Shown here piece by piece: positions 14,125 through 26,329 of a DNA stretch of 64,000 nt. The notes beneath the pieces were generated by a model, which was given only the letters and a program-made list of their open reading frames with translations, did not search any database and was not told the origin of the DNA. The position numbers and the translations under genes were made by a program. Within the stretch, counting starts at the first letter, position 1, and each line of letters begins with the position of its first letter. The stretch comes from Octopus sinensis (taxonomy: Eukaryota): positions 169,446,001 through 169,510,000 of the forward strand of contig NC_042999.1 in the NCBI RefSeq assembly GCF_006345805.1, read 5' to 3'.

Positions 14125-14490
14125 GCACAGGAGTGGCTGTGTGGTAAGTAGCTTGCTTACCAACCACATGGTTCAAGGTTCAGTCCCACTGCGTGGCATC
14201 TTGGGCAAGTGTCTTGTGAGTGAATTTGGTAGACGGAAACTGAAAGAAGCCTGTCGTATATATGTATATATATATATATGTGTGTGTGTTTGAGTGTCTG
14301 TGTTTGTCCCCCTAGCATTGCTTGACAACCGATGCTGGTGTGTTTACGTCCCCGTCACTTAGCGGTTCGGCAAAAGAGACCGATAGAATAAGTAGTGGGC
14401 TTACAAAGAATAAGTCCCGGGGTCGATTTGCTCGACTAACGGCGGTGCTCCAGCATGGCCACAGTCAAATGACTGAAACGAGTAAAAGAG
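14125..14490 (+). mobile_element. abundant Octopus tRNA-head SINE (family A)
   Basis: gagtggctgtgtggtaagtagcttgc...ttgggcaagtgtctt...gcatggccacagtcaaatgactgaaac. Confidence 0.85.
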
Positions 14491-14609
14491 AGAGAGAGAG
14501 AGAGTTTGTAGGGAATAAATGTTTGACTGTCAATCGTATTTGAAAAAGATTGACAGGTATTTGTATGTATGTGTGTATTTGTATGTATGTGTGTTCTATA
14601 TATATATAT

Positions 14610-14975
14610 TACTCTTTTACTTGTTTCAGTCATTTGACTGCGGCCATGCTGGAGCACCACCTTTAGTTGAGCATATCTACCACAGAACTTATTCTTTGTA
14701 AGCGTAGTACTTATTCTATCAGTCTATTTTGCTGAACCGCTAAGTTACGGGGTCGTAAACACACAAGCAATGTTTGAGGGACAAACACAGACACACAAAC
14801 ATATACACACACATACATACATATATATATATACAACGAGCTTCTTTCAGTTTCCATCTATCAAGTTCACTCACAATGCTTTGGTGGGCCCAAGGCTATA
14901 GTAGAAGACACTTGCCCAAGGTGCCATGTTGTTGGTAAGCAAACTACTTACCACGCAGCCACTCCTACACCTAAG
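14610..14975 (-). mobile_element. SINE family A, inverted relative to the 14125 copy
   Basis: Reverse-complement of the same consensus, about 120 bp from the + copy. Confidence 0.85.
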
Positions 14976-15329
14976 TAAATGTGTTTTAAAAAAGATTTTG
15001 AAAAAACTCACAATTTGTAGGGAATAAATGTTTGAGTGTCGATGTGAAAGTTACTTTTTTCTTGGATCATTCATAAACGTTCATAAGAGTAAGTAGCAGT
15101 TACTGGTAGCAGCAAGAGGAAAGTAAATTTTATTAGAGGGGGAAATGGTTATGTATGTAGTTATTTTTTTCGTAATTGGGAGTTATTTTGACCGAAAAAT
15201 ATGCCCGTATGACCTAATTAATGGTATTTAGAATATTAATTCCGATTTTCAACATACACACACAGGGAAAATCTGCCTTTTATAGATAAGATATATATAC
15301 ATATATATATATAATAATAATAATAATAA

Positions 15330-16190
15330 TATTAGGGAATATTATTTCAAACTTACAGGGAAAAATTCAATTTATTAATACTAAATCAAATTTCTATATG
15401 TACATAAATTAGAAAAAAAACCACCTTGTATCAATTCAACAATGAAATAATTAAATTATACCATTAGAAAAAGATTAAATATAAGATCAAAACATATACC
15501 AATGATTAAGTAATGTACAAAACAATAAATTAAAAATATATTATTTGTTTATTTGCTACATAGTATTACATTGAAGTAAATAAGTTTAATATTAATTGAT
15601 ATTTTGGTCAATTCTATAAGTGAGTGTAATATTAAATCTATAAATACTATATATAAATTAATAATATTGTAAGTTTAAATTATAGGTGTGTATATATTTG
15701 AACCATTTTATACTTTTAATTCTAATGTTCATAGTTTGTACTAGCATTATGTATATAACTTAACATGAAGTTTTTTTAGTATATATTACTTAATTAGAAT
15801 AAGATTTAACTTAGATGTTTATTAAATAAATAAATTAATTAATAAATAATTTGATTTAATGTATATAGATCAAATTATAGTATTGTAGTTTTCACTTAAT
15901 GTATATTTTGTATTTTATATATATATATTTATATTTATTTGTTTTAAATATTTTAATTAATTGTATTTTAATTTTCTAGTAATGATATATTATAGTTTGT
16001 TATTCTTTTTTTATATAAGTTAAAATATATTTTCTTAGATATAATAAATATTTGTACCTATTTATTCTAGTTTTATTTTCACCAGACTATATTTGTTAAG
16101 ATATTTCGTGTTTTACAAGATTATATATGTATTTTTATTTATTTAGTTATTTTATTGTTTTTATCTTGGACCTGAAGAGTGGCTGTATTT
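15330..16190. repeat. extremely AT-rich segment, possibly a Penelope-like terminal remnant
   Basis: Near-absence of G and C over ~850 bp. It ends in a CTGAAGA-gtggc half-core at 16172. Confidence 0.35.
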
Positions 16191-16209
16191 AAATTGAATT
16201 GATTTTACT

Positions 16210-17360
16210 GTTATCACCTTTGTGAATAGAGCATATAATGCCTTGTTTTAGCTTTTTATGTAGTTTACCACTTGCAAGCAAACTTTTGAAAAGTATCTGA
16301 AGTGGTTTCTTCAGGAGAATAGCTAGGAAACCAACAGAATCAGTGTCAGAGTTTGAACTCATTTCATCTATGGCTGCTGTTACATTTGTTGCCTCAATGT
16401 TGGTGTAATCAGTGGTTGGTACCTCATTTTTTAGAGCTGTAATATTAAAGAGTTCATTCGGGTTTTTTATCTGCATGTGTTTAAGGGGGGAAGTGAAGAC
16501 ACATTTAAATTGTTCACTGAGTACCTCACTTATTCTCTCTGGGTCTGCAGTTAGTGAGCCATTCCCTTGGAACAATGGTCCTATTTCATATTGTATTGTG
16601 ACTCTTTCTTTTGCAAATTTATAGAAAGCTTTAGGGTTTGTTTTTAAGCTTTCCACAGCTCTGTTCTCTCTCTCTCTCTCTCTCTGCTCTTTGAGAGTTT
16701 GATCTTGCTTTCGATTTCTAAGAGTATCTGTACTAAAATAGACTTCTCCCATCCTTCAGTTGTCTATTCATTCAGTTTGAAACTTTTGATCTGCGTCTCA
16801 TAAGGATTTTTCTGTCCCTCGGAGTCTTGTTTGTGGGTATGTTGGCCTTTCTTTCTTTCTAGTGCATTTAGTTTGAACTGTTGACATAAACTGAGTTTCA
16901 AGGCAATGTCTTGCATACGTAGAATGTTGAACGAGTTTCATTTGTGGATCTCTTTGCAGATTGATTCTTGTTTTGCTTTATTGAAATTTTGGCTGGACAT
17001 GGCTTGAGTCTTCCTCATAGATTAGATACCAGCAGTTTGTGCAGGACCATACTTACTTCCACAATGTTGTGGTCTGACAGTGCTGTTGGTGTCACCCTCA
17101 CATTATGGATAAGGTTCACATTATTTGTTATTTTCCCTGGTTGGTGTGAGTATAATTTGTTCCATGAACAGCATATTAGAGAGTTCCAGTAATGGCTCTA
17201 CATGCTTTTGTTTATGCGGTGGCGACATCCCAGAGAGGATGTGGCCTTCTGACCATTTAACATTTGGGAAGTTGAAGTCACCCAGGAGAAGTATATTGAT
17301 GTGCTGATCTAAGTTTGCCAATACCTTTTCTATCCTCAAATTTGCCATCATATTTCATGG
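16210..17360 (-). mobile_element. degenerate CR1-like LINE (APE to pre-RT)
   Basis: LGDFNFPNVKW...PTRENN (17121-17351) and NPKAFYKF...QGIICSIHKGD (16189-16752). Confidence 0.85.
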
Positions 17361-17534
17361 TATCCAGTGGATGATATATTGTGCATACAACTACATCAAC
17401 TTATTTTATATGTAATATTAAGGTGTCACAAACTCGGTTTGAATGTAACAGTTATACAAAAGGCGTGACATCTTCATGGATGTACATAGAAACTCTGCCA
17501 TGGCTTCTTTCTCTTCTGCTTGTACAAAATACAG

Positions 17535-17543
17535 CATACTCTG
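17535..17543 (+). CDS. candidate 9-nt microexon (CATACTCTG)
   Basis: cttctttctcttctgcttgtacaaaatacag|CATACTCTG|gtatgt. The upstream partner exon is not in the window, so the phase is unverified. Confidence 0.35.
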
Positions 17544-17764
17544 GTATGTGTGCTTCCATGTCTGTTACATGAGGAGTTAGATGCATTTCAGAAAGATGCA
17601 TATAGGAAGAAGAAGAAAATGGAGATTGTGAAGTTAATAAGGGTTTATTATCAACAACAAATTGAAGATCATCCTTTACAGCTGTTTCAGTTATACACTG
17701 AATTAATTGAATATTAAGTTCATATTTCTGAGCATAATATCTTCAGAGAGAACAAAAAATATAC

Positions 17765-17849
17765 CAATAGATGTTTCTATGTTTGCTTTTGGATTCATCA
17801 TAGCTGACTCTGCTATAATGAATCCATAAACAAACATAAACATCTATTG
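17765..17849. other. 85-nt imperfect hairpin (pre-miRNA-like)
   Basis: About 35 bp paired, one 2-nt bulge, three mismatches, 7-nt loop tgactct. Confidence 0.55.
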
Positions 17850-17879
17850 TCACAATTGTACAACTGGAAAGAAGTCCAT

Positions 17880-18880
17880 ATAGGTGCAAGTGGGGCTTTG
17901 TGGTAAGAAGTTAGGTGCAAGTGGGGCTGTGTGGTAAGAAGCTTGCTTCCCAACCACATAGTTCCAGCTTTTGTCCCACTGCATGGAACGTTAGGTAAGT
18001 GTCTTCTACTATAGTCAGGCCAAACAAAGCCTTGTGAGTGGATTTGGTAGACAGAAACTGAAGAAAAAACCCTGTCATATATGCGTGTATGTGTGAGTGT
18101 TTGTTCCCCACCATCACTTGACAACCGGTGTTAGTGTGTTTACATCCCCATAACTTAGTGGTTTGAAGAAAGAGACTGATAGAATAAGTACTAGGCTTAA
18201 AAAGTAAGTCCTGGGATTGATTTGGTCAACTAAAAATCCCTTGAAGGCTGTGCCTCAGCATGGCCACAGTAAAATGACTGAAAGAAATAAAAGATAAAAG
18301 GTAGATAACAAATAGTTTGTACTTTTTTTTGTATTTGGTTTGCAAGATTCTTGATGTAAATTCCTGTGTTGAGACAAATCATGTTGTATCTTGGGAGGTC
18401 ATTTTGCCAATAATAACACATTCACAGGTTCAATTCCACTTCTTTATTGTTAGTCAGTTGGCGTAGATGTAGCTTTGTGGTAAGAAGTTTGCTTCCTAAC
18501 CACATGATACCCAGTTCAGTCCCACTGCATGTCATCTTAAACAAGTGCCTTCTACTATAGCGTTGGACTGATCAAAGCCTTGTGAGTGGATTTGGTAGAT
18601 GGAAACTGAAAGAAGCCCGTCATATATGTATTTACATATAATGTTTGTGTGTGTATATCTTTGTGTCTTGTTTGTCCCCCATCACTGCTTGACAACCGGT
18701 GTTGGTGTATTTATGTCCCTGTAACTTAGCAGCTTGGCAAAAGAGACTGATAGAATAAGTACTAGGCTTTACAAAAATAATAATAAGTACTGGGGTCATT
18801 TCGTTCGACTAAAATTCTCCACAATGGTACCCCAGCATGGCCACATTCTAATAACTGAAATAGGTAAAAGATAAAAGATA
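17880..18880 (+). mobile_element. two diverged tandem SINE family A copies (17880-18300, 18465-18880)
   Basis: Same consensus as the 14125 copy. The first has a 31-bp duplicated head. Confidence 0.8.
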
Positions 18881-19879
18881 GTTAAATACCTGACCAATTA
18901 ACTACAGACACATACATGCTGGAATATACTCAAACATGAAAACACATTCACACACACACACATATTCTCTGAACCAATTTAACATGAACATGCACACTTG
19001 TTCAAACACTCATGTGAGCATTCACACACATACATGTACATGCAGATTCACACACACACACACACACAGATGCTTGCACACACCTACTTTGTTCTCCCCC
19101 CCCCCCCTTCTCCCATACCTCACATAAAGAACTACACCCTAAATCCATCCATAAATCTTCAGCAGATATGAGACCAAATTAACCTAGAACAAAAGGTCAG
19201 GCCCTTAAATAGGTCACAGATAGCTAGTGCACACACACACATACAAGCAGTTACACAGGTGTACACACACAACCCCATACACACTCACACACACATACAT
19301 TCAAAATCCTTTCTTTACTTTCACCCTTACCTTCTCTTGTAAGTAAACACACATCTACATATACACATACAAGTGTGCATATACACACAGACATAAGACC
19401 TATTCTCAGACAGACTCAGAGCAGACCTTGGAGCAAGAAGGGAAGTCATTAAGTCACTGAAAAGGCCACGTACAACAACAAAACAACTTTGACTAACAAA
19501 CAATTGATTAATTATTTTACTTGTTCTTTAAACAAATGATCACTTATTTAGTTGGTTAAATATTTAACCAATTCACTAACAATGAAGAAGTGAACTTGAA
19601 CCTGTGCATGTGTTATTATTATTGATGTTGGCAACAAAGGGAGTCTTTCTTCAAGTGAAGGGTAAATTGCATGATGCTTATCCTAAGGGTAATGTAGTGT
19701 GAGTATTGAAGGTTGGAAAGAAATGAAGCAAGCTAGATGTGTAATGTTTGTGTGCATGACTGGTAAAGCACAATTGAGCTGAGGAGAAAACTGAGTGTAT
19801 TTCTCAAGCCATTGCTCATCGTCTCTTTTTAGCCAAATCCAGTGGCTAACCTTCTCCGCTGTAGTTTGGATAGCGGTCA

Positions 19880-21030
19880 TGGTGGTATTTACCTTACGAT
19901 GAGCTAGGCCTAATGATAACAACAGTCATTTCACACTGTGTTTAACAAACCCTCTACATCCAACTTCGATTGGAAAATGTTCCGCTTTCCATCCTGCGTC
20001 TTCACATTCCTCGAGGAGGTTTACATAACGGTCAATCTTTCGAGCCTGAGAGGCGTCCATGTTATCTTCATGAACAACCGTTAACTTGACTAGATTCACA
20101 ACTTTCTTTCACACCACATTAAAATGTCCAGTTTTTTCATAACTGGGATGGGTAGGAGTCCTTGGCACCCTGGTAAATCTGCAATCCTTTCCCAATAGCC
20201 ACTTTTCATTTCTCACAGGAAGTTCCTTGTTCTTCTTGAAACGGATCCGCTGTCCTGAGCGCACGAAAGTAATGAAATCTCTAGTTGGTATTTTTAACGA
20301 TTTTTCTCAGTGCTGTTGAGATGAATTTGGTTCTTTATAGCATTGAAAATGACCTTAAGGACCAGGTTGTGTCTCCATGTATACCTATTCAATGCTAGTG
20401 AACAGTTGGAAAGAATATGTTTCAGTCTTCCAGCCTTTCCGCATTTGCATCTATCATTCTCTGAGACATTCCATCTTACTAGATTTGCAGGTGATGGCAA
20501 AACAGGATGAACGAGTGAGAAAACTTAGCCGAGATGTGGTCCACCTTTATATCTCATCCCAACTTATTTCCATCTCAACAACATGTTCTTCCCAACTCGT
20601 CATCTGACCTTGATGAACACATCGGATCAAATGAAGCTCTCTTCTCTCTGCTTCTCTCGTTTTGATGCTGTTGCTAACAACAGATCTGCGTTCACTCCGC
20701 ATCATGCTTGCAAATGGTCTGAACTGATCCGCGCCAAAACCAAGTCCTTTCCGATGGTTCTGCGTTGCTCCCACCATATCTCTGTGTATAAGAGAAGCCA
20801 AGATGTCATCAGTCTCTGCTTCTGCTTTCCATTTCCTGGCTGCTTTCACCTCTGGTGGGTTATGCCTGATTTCCATGTCCTTCAATTCTCTCAGCATCAT
20901 GACCGTCTGTATCTTCCCCAGTTTATAAATTTCGTCTATTGACGCCAGTGGTAACTGCAATGAACCTCTTTTACGATAAAGAGCTGAACTGTTCAACATC
21001 CGAGGTAGGCCTAGCCACTTTCTAATGAAT
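19880..21030 (-). mobile_element. RLE-endonuclease non-LTR retrotransposon 3' part (R2 superfamily, HERO/NeSL-like)
   Basis: CCHC zinc knuckle RCKCGKAGRLKHILSNC...RYTWRHNLVL and the C-terminal motif ECEDAGWKAEHFPIEVGCRGFV. Confidence 0.85.
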
Positions 21031-22077
21031 GCATTACAAGGCTACCTTGTATATTAAAAGTGGCCACGAAAATCATGGGTACAGTTTTCTTTAATGTGGC
21101 TTGGTTCTAGGCACAGGTGACACTTGTTGGGGGGTGTCCCCAAGAATCACCGGGTACCTAGAACTGGCCATTTAAAAAAAAATCTGGAAAAACCAGATTC
21201 TTGGCTGATTGGGTCCACATGGTAAAATCAGCTTTTGACCACACCCAATCAGCCTATCCACTCGGGTTCTATCCCGAGTGGCAAACCACAGACCCAAGCC
21301 CTTCTCAACTTCTTCCCACAATACATGGGAAGAAACAATATTTCTTCGCCCTCTAAGGGCCAACTTGCAAAATTGCGAGCGTCTTTAGGGGTGTCAAATA
21401 GCAACCACACTGTCACATATTTGACACCCCTGGAAATATATCTTATAGTTGGCATATACTCCGCCAACTCTCTCTCTATGTTGGTCTTTTTAAAGCGGGC
21501 GATGTGTCGAGCGACTTAGAGTACTTTCGCAGCACCACCATCCTCTCCTAGAGACCTTTTAACTACTGTTTGGGTGAAGCAGTTTCCCACCCCTACACCT
21601 TATCTTTCTTTGCCATGTTTGCGAGCAAAAAAGTCCAAATCAAAGTTCAAAAAAATGTTCGAAATCAAAACAAAAGGAAGACAGAAGAAAGAAAGAAGAC
21701 AGTTCAAAACACAGCAAAATAAAGCACAATTCTAGCCGACGGTACTCCTGGCCTCGGATAATCCACCAGGAGGAACAGTTCCACAAATTGGTATGACTTT
21801 CACAAATTTTTGTAAGATCCACAACTTTTTTTTTGGGAGGTGAGACACGCCCCCAAAACAACAATTCTCATAACTAAGTGAGTCACTTAGTGCAACTGCA
21901 GGCAGACAAATGTCCAGGGCCCAGTGAGGATTTCTTATTTGTGAAAAGAAAAACAATATCAAATAACAAAATCCCACTAAATCCAAAAAAAAAGCAAATG
22001 TCTACCTTACAGTCACGCCCTCAACGTTCTTCAATTCAAGAGCACTGCGAAAGCATTCAGTGTGGAAGTAACTGACT
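21030..22077 (-). mobile_element. Tx1/L1-like LINE 5' end and ORF1 remnant
   Basis: ORF 21249-21467 (LLFDTPKDARNFASWPLEGEEILFLPMYCGKK...VCGLP) resembles the RRM-type ORF1 of such LINEs. Confidence 0.5.
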
Positions 22078-22419
22078 ATATATATACATACATACACACC
22101 CACTGGCACTATCATACTTACATTCTTCCACTCTTTGGCCATCCACTCCCTTCACATATACATATGCACACACTCACACACACTCACACTGGCACATTAG
22201 CACATACATTCTTCTACATATCAGCACTCCTCGCTTTATTTGTCACCGTTTCACTTACTCTTCCACCTGTCACTTCAGCTTTGCTGCTCACTCTTTAACC
22301 TGCCAATACTTCTTCCCTTACTCAGGTTTCTTCTACTGCTTCCCTCCTTGTGTCTGCTCTTCTCTCGAAAATGACCATTTTTAGTCCTGACTTCCATTTG
22401 CGATTTTCCTTCTCTTACT

Positions 22420-22815
22420 CTTTTACTCGTTTCAGTCATTTGACTGTGACCATGCTGGAGCACTGCCTTTAGTCGAGCAACTCGACCCCGGCACTTATTC
22501 TTTATAAGCCCAGTACTTATTCTATCGGTCTCTTTTGCCAAACCGCTAAGTGACGGGGACATAAACACACCAGCATCGGTTGTCAAGCAATGCTAGAGGA
22601 ACAAACACAGACACACAAACACACACACGCATATATATATATATATATATATACGACGGGCTTCTTTTCAGTTTCCGTCTACCAAATCCACTCACAAGGC
22701 ATTGGTCGGCCCGAGGCTATAGTAGAAGACACTTGCCCAAGGTGCCGTGCAGTGGGACTGAACCCGGAACCCTGTGGTTGGTAAACAAGCTACTTACCAC
22801 ACAGCCACTCCTGCG
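22420..22815 (-). mobile_element. SINE family A
   Basis: Full-length reverse copy of the consensus. Confidence 0.85.
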
Positions 22816-23959
22816 CCTATATACCATGTGTGTAACAATGGTTTTTCACTTTCTCGATCTAAGATTTAGCATAAATGTTCCCTACTCGCTTTTGCTTATG
22901 CACTTCCTCCCACATAAATAACACCTTCCCACTATATATATATATATATATACATACATACACATATACTGATTTAGTGGTAGCTTCATTTGTATAGTCT
23001 ATACCCTGGCCATCCACACATACACACAAAGACTGATTTTTATGACTACTGAATAGAAAGAGAAAGTTATAATGAGTTATCTGCAACTGTCCCCAACTCA
23101 ATCAGTGGACTGTGTGAATTACTTTCTAATGACAGAACATAGGAAAGAATTTAGTGAGAACTTACAGAACAAAGGAAGTACTCAATGACAAAAACAACCT
23201 CATTATTCAATAGAGAAGAACTTTTATCTCAGCCTCTCTCCCTTTCTCTTTTCTCCCTCTATTCCATTTGGTTTTCTTTTTTGTTTTGTTTTCTTTGGCT
23301 TTAAGAGTTTGAATTGTATTTTTTTTCATATGATTTGCATCTAAATTTTCCCATTTATTCTCATGAAATCTCTCATTTTTTAATCTCATTTTGTCTCTTT
23401 GGTAGCTAATTGTTTATCTATCTATCTATATACTTATTTATTTATTTGTCAGTCTACCTACTTATCTATTCTATTTATCTGTCAGTCTACCCACTTAATC
23501 TATTCTTCCTCCAATGCATTTTTTCACTTAATAAACCACATGTTTATTGTTTTATAAGGAGAGAAGGATATGGCCAGTTGAATCAGTGCCAATATAATAT
23601 GGGTACTTAGTTCTAGTTTAACAACCTTTTTAAAATGTAAAGTGAATTCTGGTGGAATATACTACTTGTACTAGGAACCATTGAACTAGCTCCTTATTGA
23701 AATCATTTATCTGACAAAAATGAATCTAAAGATGTCTTTTGCCCAGACATAACCAATTTTGGAAGAGGACCTATTTCCCCCCAGGCCCCACTATAACTTG
23801 CCCCAAAAATGTATCCCCCGCCAGTGGTAGGAAAAAACAGCTTTATTTTTGATATTTTATCACAATTGTTTTATACTAAAGAATCTACTGGTAACTCTTT
23901 TATTAAGTACCAAGTACAAAAAAAAAGTACATTATTAATTAAGAAATAAAAATGAATCC

Positions 23960-25695
23960 CTTTAATGAGAACATTGTACCTGGTGACTATAGCAGATTTC
24001 CTTCATTCAAGGAGACAATTTTGTTTGCTTCAGCTGTAAATCCCCACATTTTGTAATTTCAAGCCTGCTTCTCTGAGCTCAAAGCAAATCATCAGCACTA
24101 AAGCCACACTCAGCCAACTAAGACATAGGGAAATGAATCAAAAGTTCCTTTGCTGAAATGGCAGTGTTAGGACATTTCCTTTCAACTGTATCACATAACC
24201 TCATCTTGGTACCATTCATTTTGAACAAAGTATTCATGTTGCAATTCTGATAGCTTTTTTTGGAACTGCACTGGAACTTCAGAGATATCTACTAGCATGG
24301 TTGAGATAACCTAGAAGGAAAATTTATTTTCTTTAAATCACCAAATCTGTCATTAAAGTCTCTTTTCAGCATTTTCAAATGATCAGCAATTACATATGTA
24401 ATAGTATTTGTTATCTCACATTGAATCAACCAGTAAAATTGACTGAAATTTCTTGTAGAAATATTCCTTAACCCTTTAGTGTTCAGATTATTCTGTCAAA
24501 TGTGATGTTTGTTTATTTAAAATGGTTTGAATTAATCATGCATTATCTTGTAATTTAGAGATTTCGGTGATTTGATTTCTTAGTTTTAGAATGACATGGT
24601 AGGGCTGAGGTGAGAGGCGAGATCTGGTCAGTTTCAATATAAAACAGGTTAAATATTTTGGCCGAATATGGCCGGTTTGAATGCTAAAGGGTTAAACATA
24701 ATTCTAAAACTGTAGTGAATCCAAAAATCTTTATTTTTGCGTCAACAAAAGTTCTATTTGCTCTTTAGAGTTTCTTGTTCAAGTTACTTAATTTCTCAAA
24801 GATATTTATCAAATAATTGACATATGCTTAGTCATCTGTTGTTCACAAAAGCTCACTGAGATCATCAAATAATTCCATGAATCTCTTCAAGTAATTTCCT
24901 TTTAACAACCATCTTATTTCTGTATGAAGTAATAATTGAACAGGCTCTGCAGTTTGAATCACATAGAACTGCTTAAGAAGTCATTCACATTTGGTTTTTG
25001 ATTTGATGATGTTAATACAGTTGATCCTAGATTGCCAAATCTTGTTAAGAACAGGGGAAAGTTTCTTGGCAACTAAGTTTTCTCTGTAGATGATGCAATG
25101 TACAATTAACATGTTTGGATTTTCATCCTTCATCACTTTTAAGTATCCTGTTTCATAACCCGTCATATGCAGCATATGATAGACTGTTTTATTTTACTGT
25201 AGATACCAACTGTGTTAACAGCCATTTCTAATGATTCAATGATTCACAGAACATCTCTTCTTGAAACTCCTCTTGATCAATATACCTCACCCCACATATG
25301 CCAATAACAGAGCATCACTATCTCCAAAATTAGATTCATCCACTTGTACTAGCTGTTTTTCAACATTTAAATTTCTGGAGGGATTGGTTTGGCTAGGCTG
25401 AGTATACCTGCTGTCCTACAAGCAGTCTTCACACAGTCTGCTTGGCTGGAGGGATTGGTTTGGCTAGGCTGAGTATACCTGCTGTCCTGCAGCAGTCTTC
25501 ACACAGTCTGCTTGGCTGCAGGGATTGGTTTGGCTAGGCTGAGTATAGGTGTAGTATGTTTGCTGTGAGAAAAAGATTTTCACAATTTCATGTTCCACTA
25601 AAAAAAAAAAGAAAAGAAAATTTGGATCCCATGCCCCCACCACAATTTTTCCAGGCCCCACCTGTGAGGTATATACCCCATGTTGGGAATCACTG
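23960..25695 (-). mobile_element. hAT (Buster/Charlie-like) transposase remnant
   Basis: VHCIIYRENLVAKKLSPVLN motif (24981-25175). TIR-like cagtgattcccaac at 25695. Internal ~70-bp tandem repeat x2.4 at 25378-25545. Confidence 0.75.
24468..24695. mobile_element. piggyBac-like MITE family 1
   Basis: TTAA|ccctttag...ctaaaggg|TTAA. Confidence 0.85.
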
Positions 25696-25893
25696 AATTA
25701 ATTAATTCAGTAATGAACTGAAAATTATTTTCAACTTTTTCTACATAATTTAAAACAATGAAACTATTGTGTGTGAGGAGAAGGGGAGGGAATGCTTTTA
25801 TCCTGTTTTAACCCTGTTGATCCGGTTACTTGTTTTATTATTTGACTTACAATTCTGTTTCTTCATGTGTTTTGCTTTTTTTTCTTCTTTTAG

Positions 25894-25990
25894 TCTGAAA
25901 ACCCTACTGAAGGAATGTCTTTCATTGAAAAACAGAAATACTTTGAAAGAGAAATACAACATCAAGCTTCAGGCGTTCCACGGCAACCAA
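25894..25990 (+). CDS. scrib: scribble homolog internal exon (SENPTEGMSFIEKQKYFEREIQHQASGVPRQP), phase 0 to 1
   Basis: Long polypyrimidine tract ending tttag at 25893 and donor gtatat at 25991. The peptide resembles the Scribble C-terminal motif (human PEQLSFRERQKYFELE, recalled). The end phase joins the 35143 exon. Confidence 0.88.
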
Positions 25991-26020
25991 GTATATTAAC
26001 ATTTATTATATAACATCTTT

Positions 26021-26234
26021 TTAACCCTTTTGTTACCACCTCTGGCTCTGTAGTACAAATGTCATGTTTTCATAAGTTTCGAATTAAAATCTTCCACTAA
26101 ACTTTAGCCACAATTTATGTTCCTAACACTGGCTGAATGATAACTAAGTTAATTTACTAAATTCTTTGTTATATTTAAAGTAATTGAAAGAAACACAGAG
26201 CATCTCAGAATAAATACGGTAATGAAAGGGTTAA
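26021..26234. mobile_element. piggyBac-like MITE family 2
   Basis: TTAA|ccctttt...gaaaggg|TTAA, 30 nt downstream of the 25990 donor. Confidence 0.85.
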
Positions 26235-26329
26235 ACCTTTATTTTGTACACTTTTTATTTTTCAAGCTGGAGGTGGGAATGTCTTAATTTCATTTCTTCA
26301 ATGCCTTTAGTGAGGTTTAGGGTTTAAAT

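Larger units (their letters stand above)
12100..15291 (-). mobile_element. degenerate autonomous-type Helitron (Rep/PIF1 helicase fragments) carrying two SINE insertions
   Basis: MVHGPCG...YPLYRRR...DNRWVVPY...HINVEFCHSVKSIKYICK, QLAVHLENGQ and TFREACFRRGL motifs. 5' TC end near 15291. Confidence 0.9.

Noticed and set aside
23559-23602. Exon-like segment ataag|...|gtactt
   Set aside because: The only open frame is phase 2-1, which cannot join the phase-0 exon at 25894.
26267-26272. 6-nt exon ttcaag|CTGGAG|gtggga
   Set aside because: Frame-preserving, but the donor is weak, there is no UGC motif, and it abuts a MITE end.
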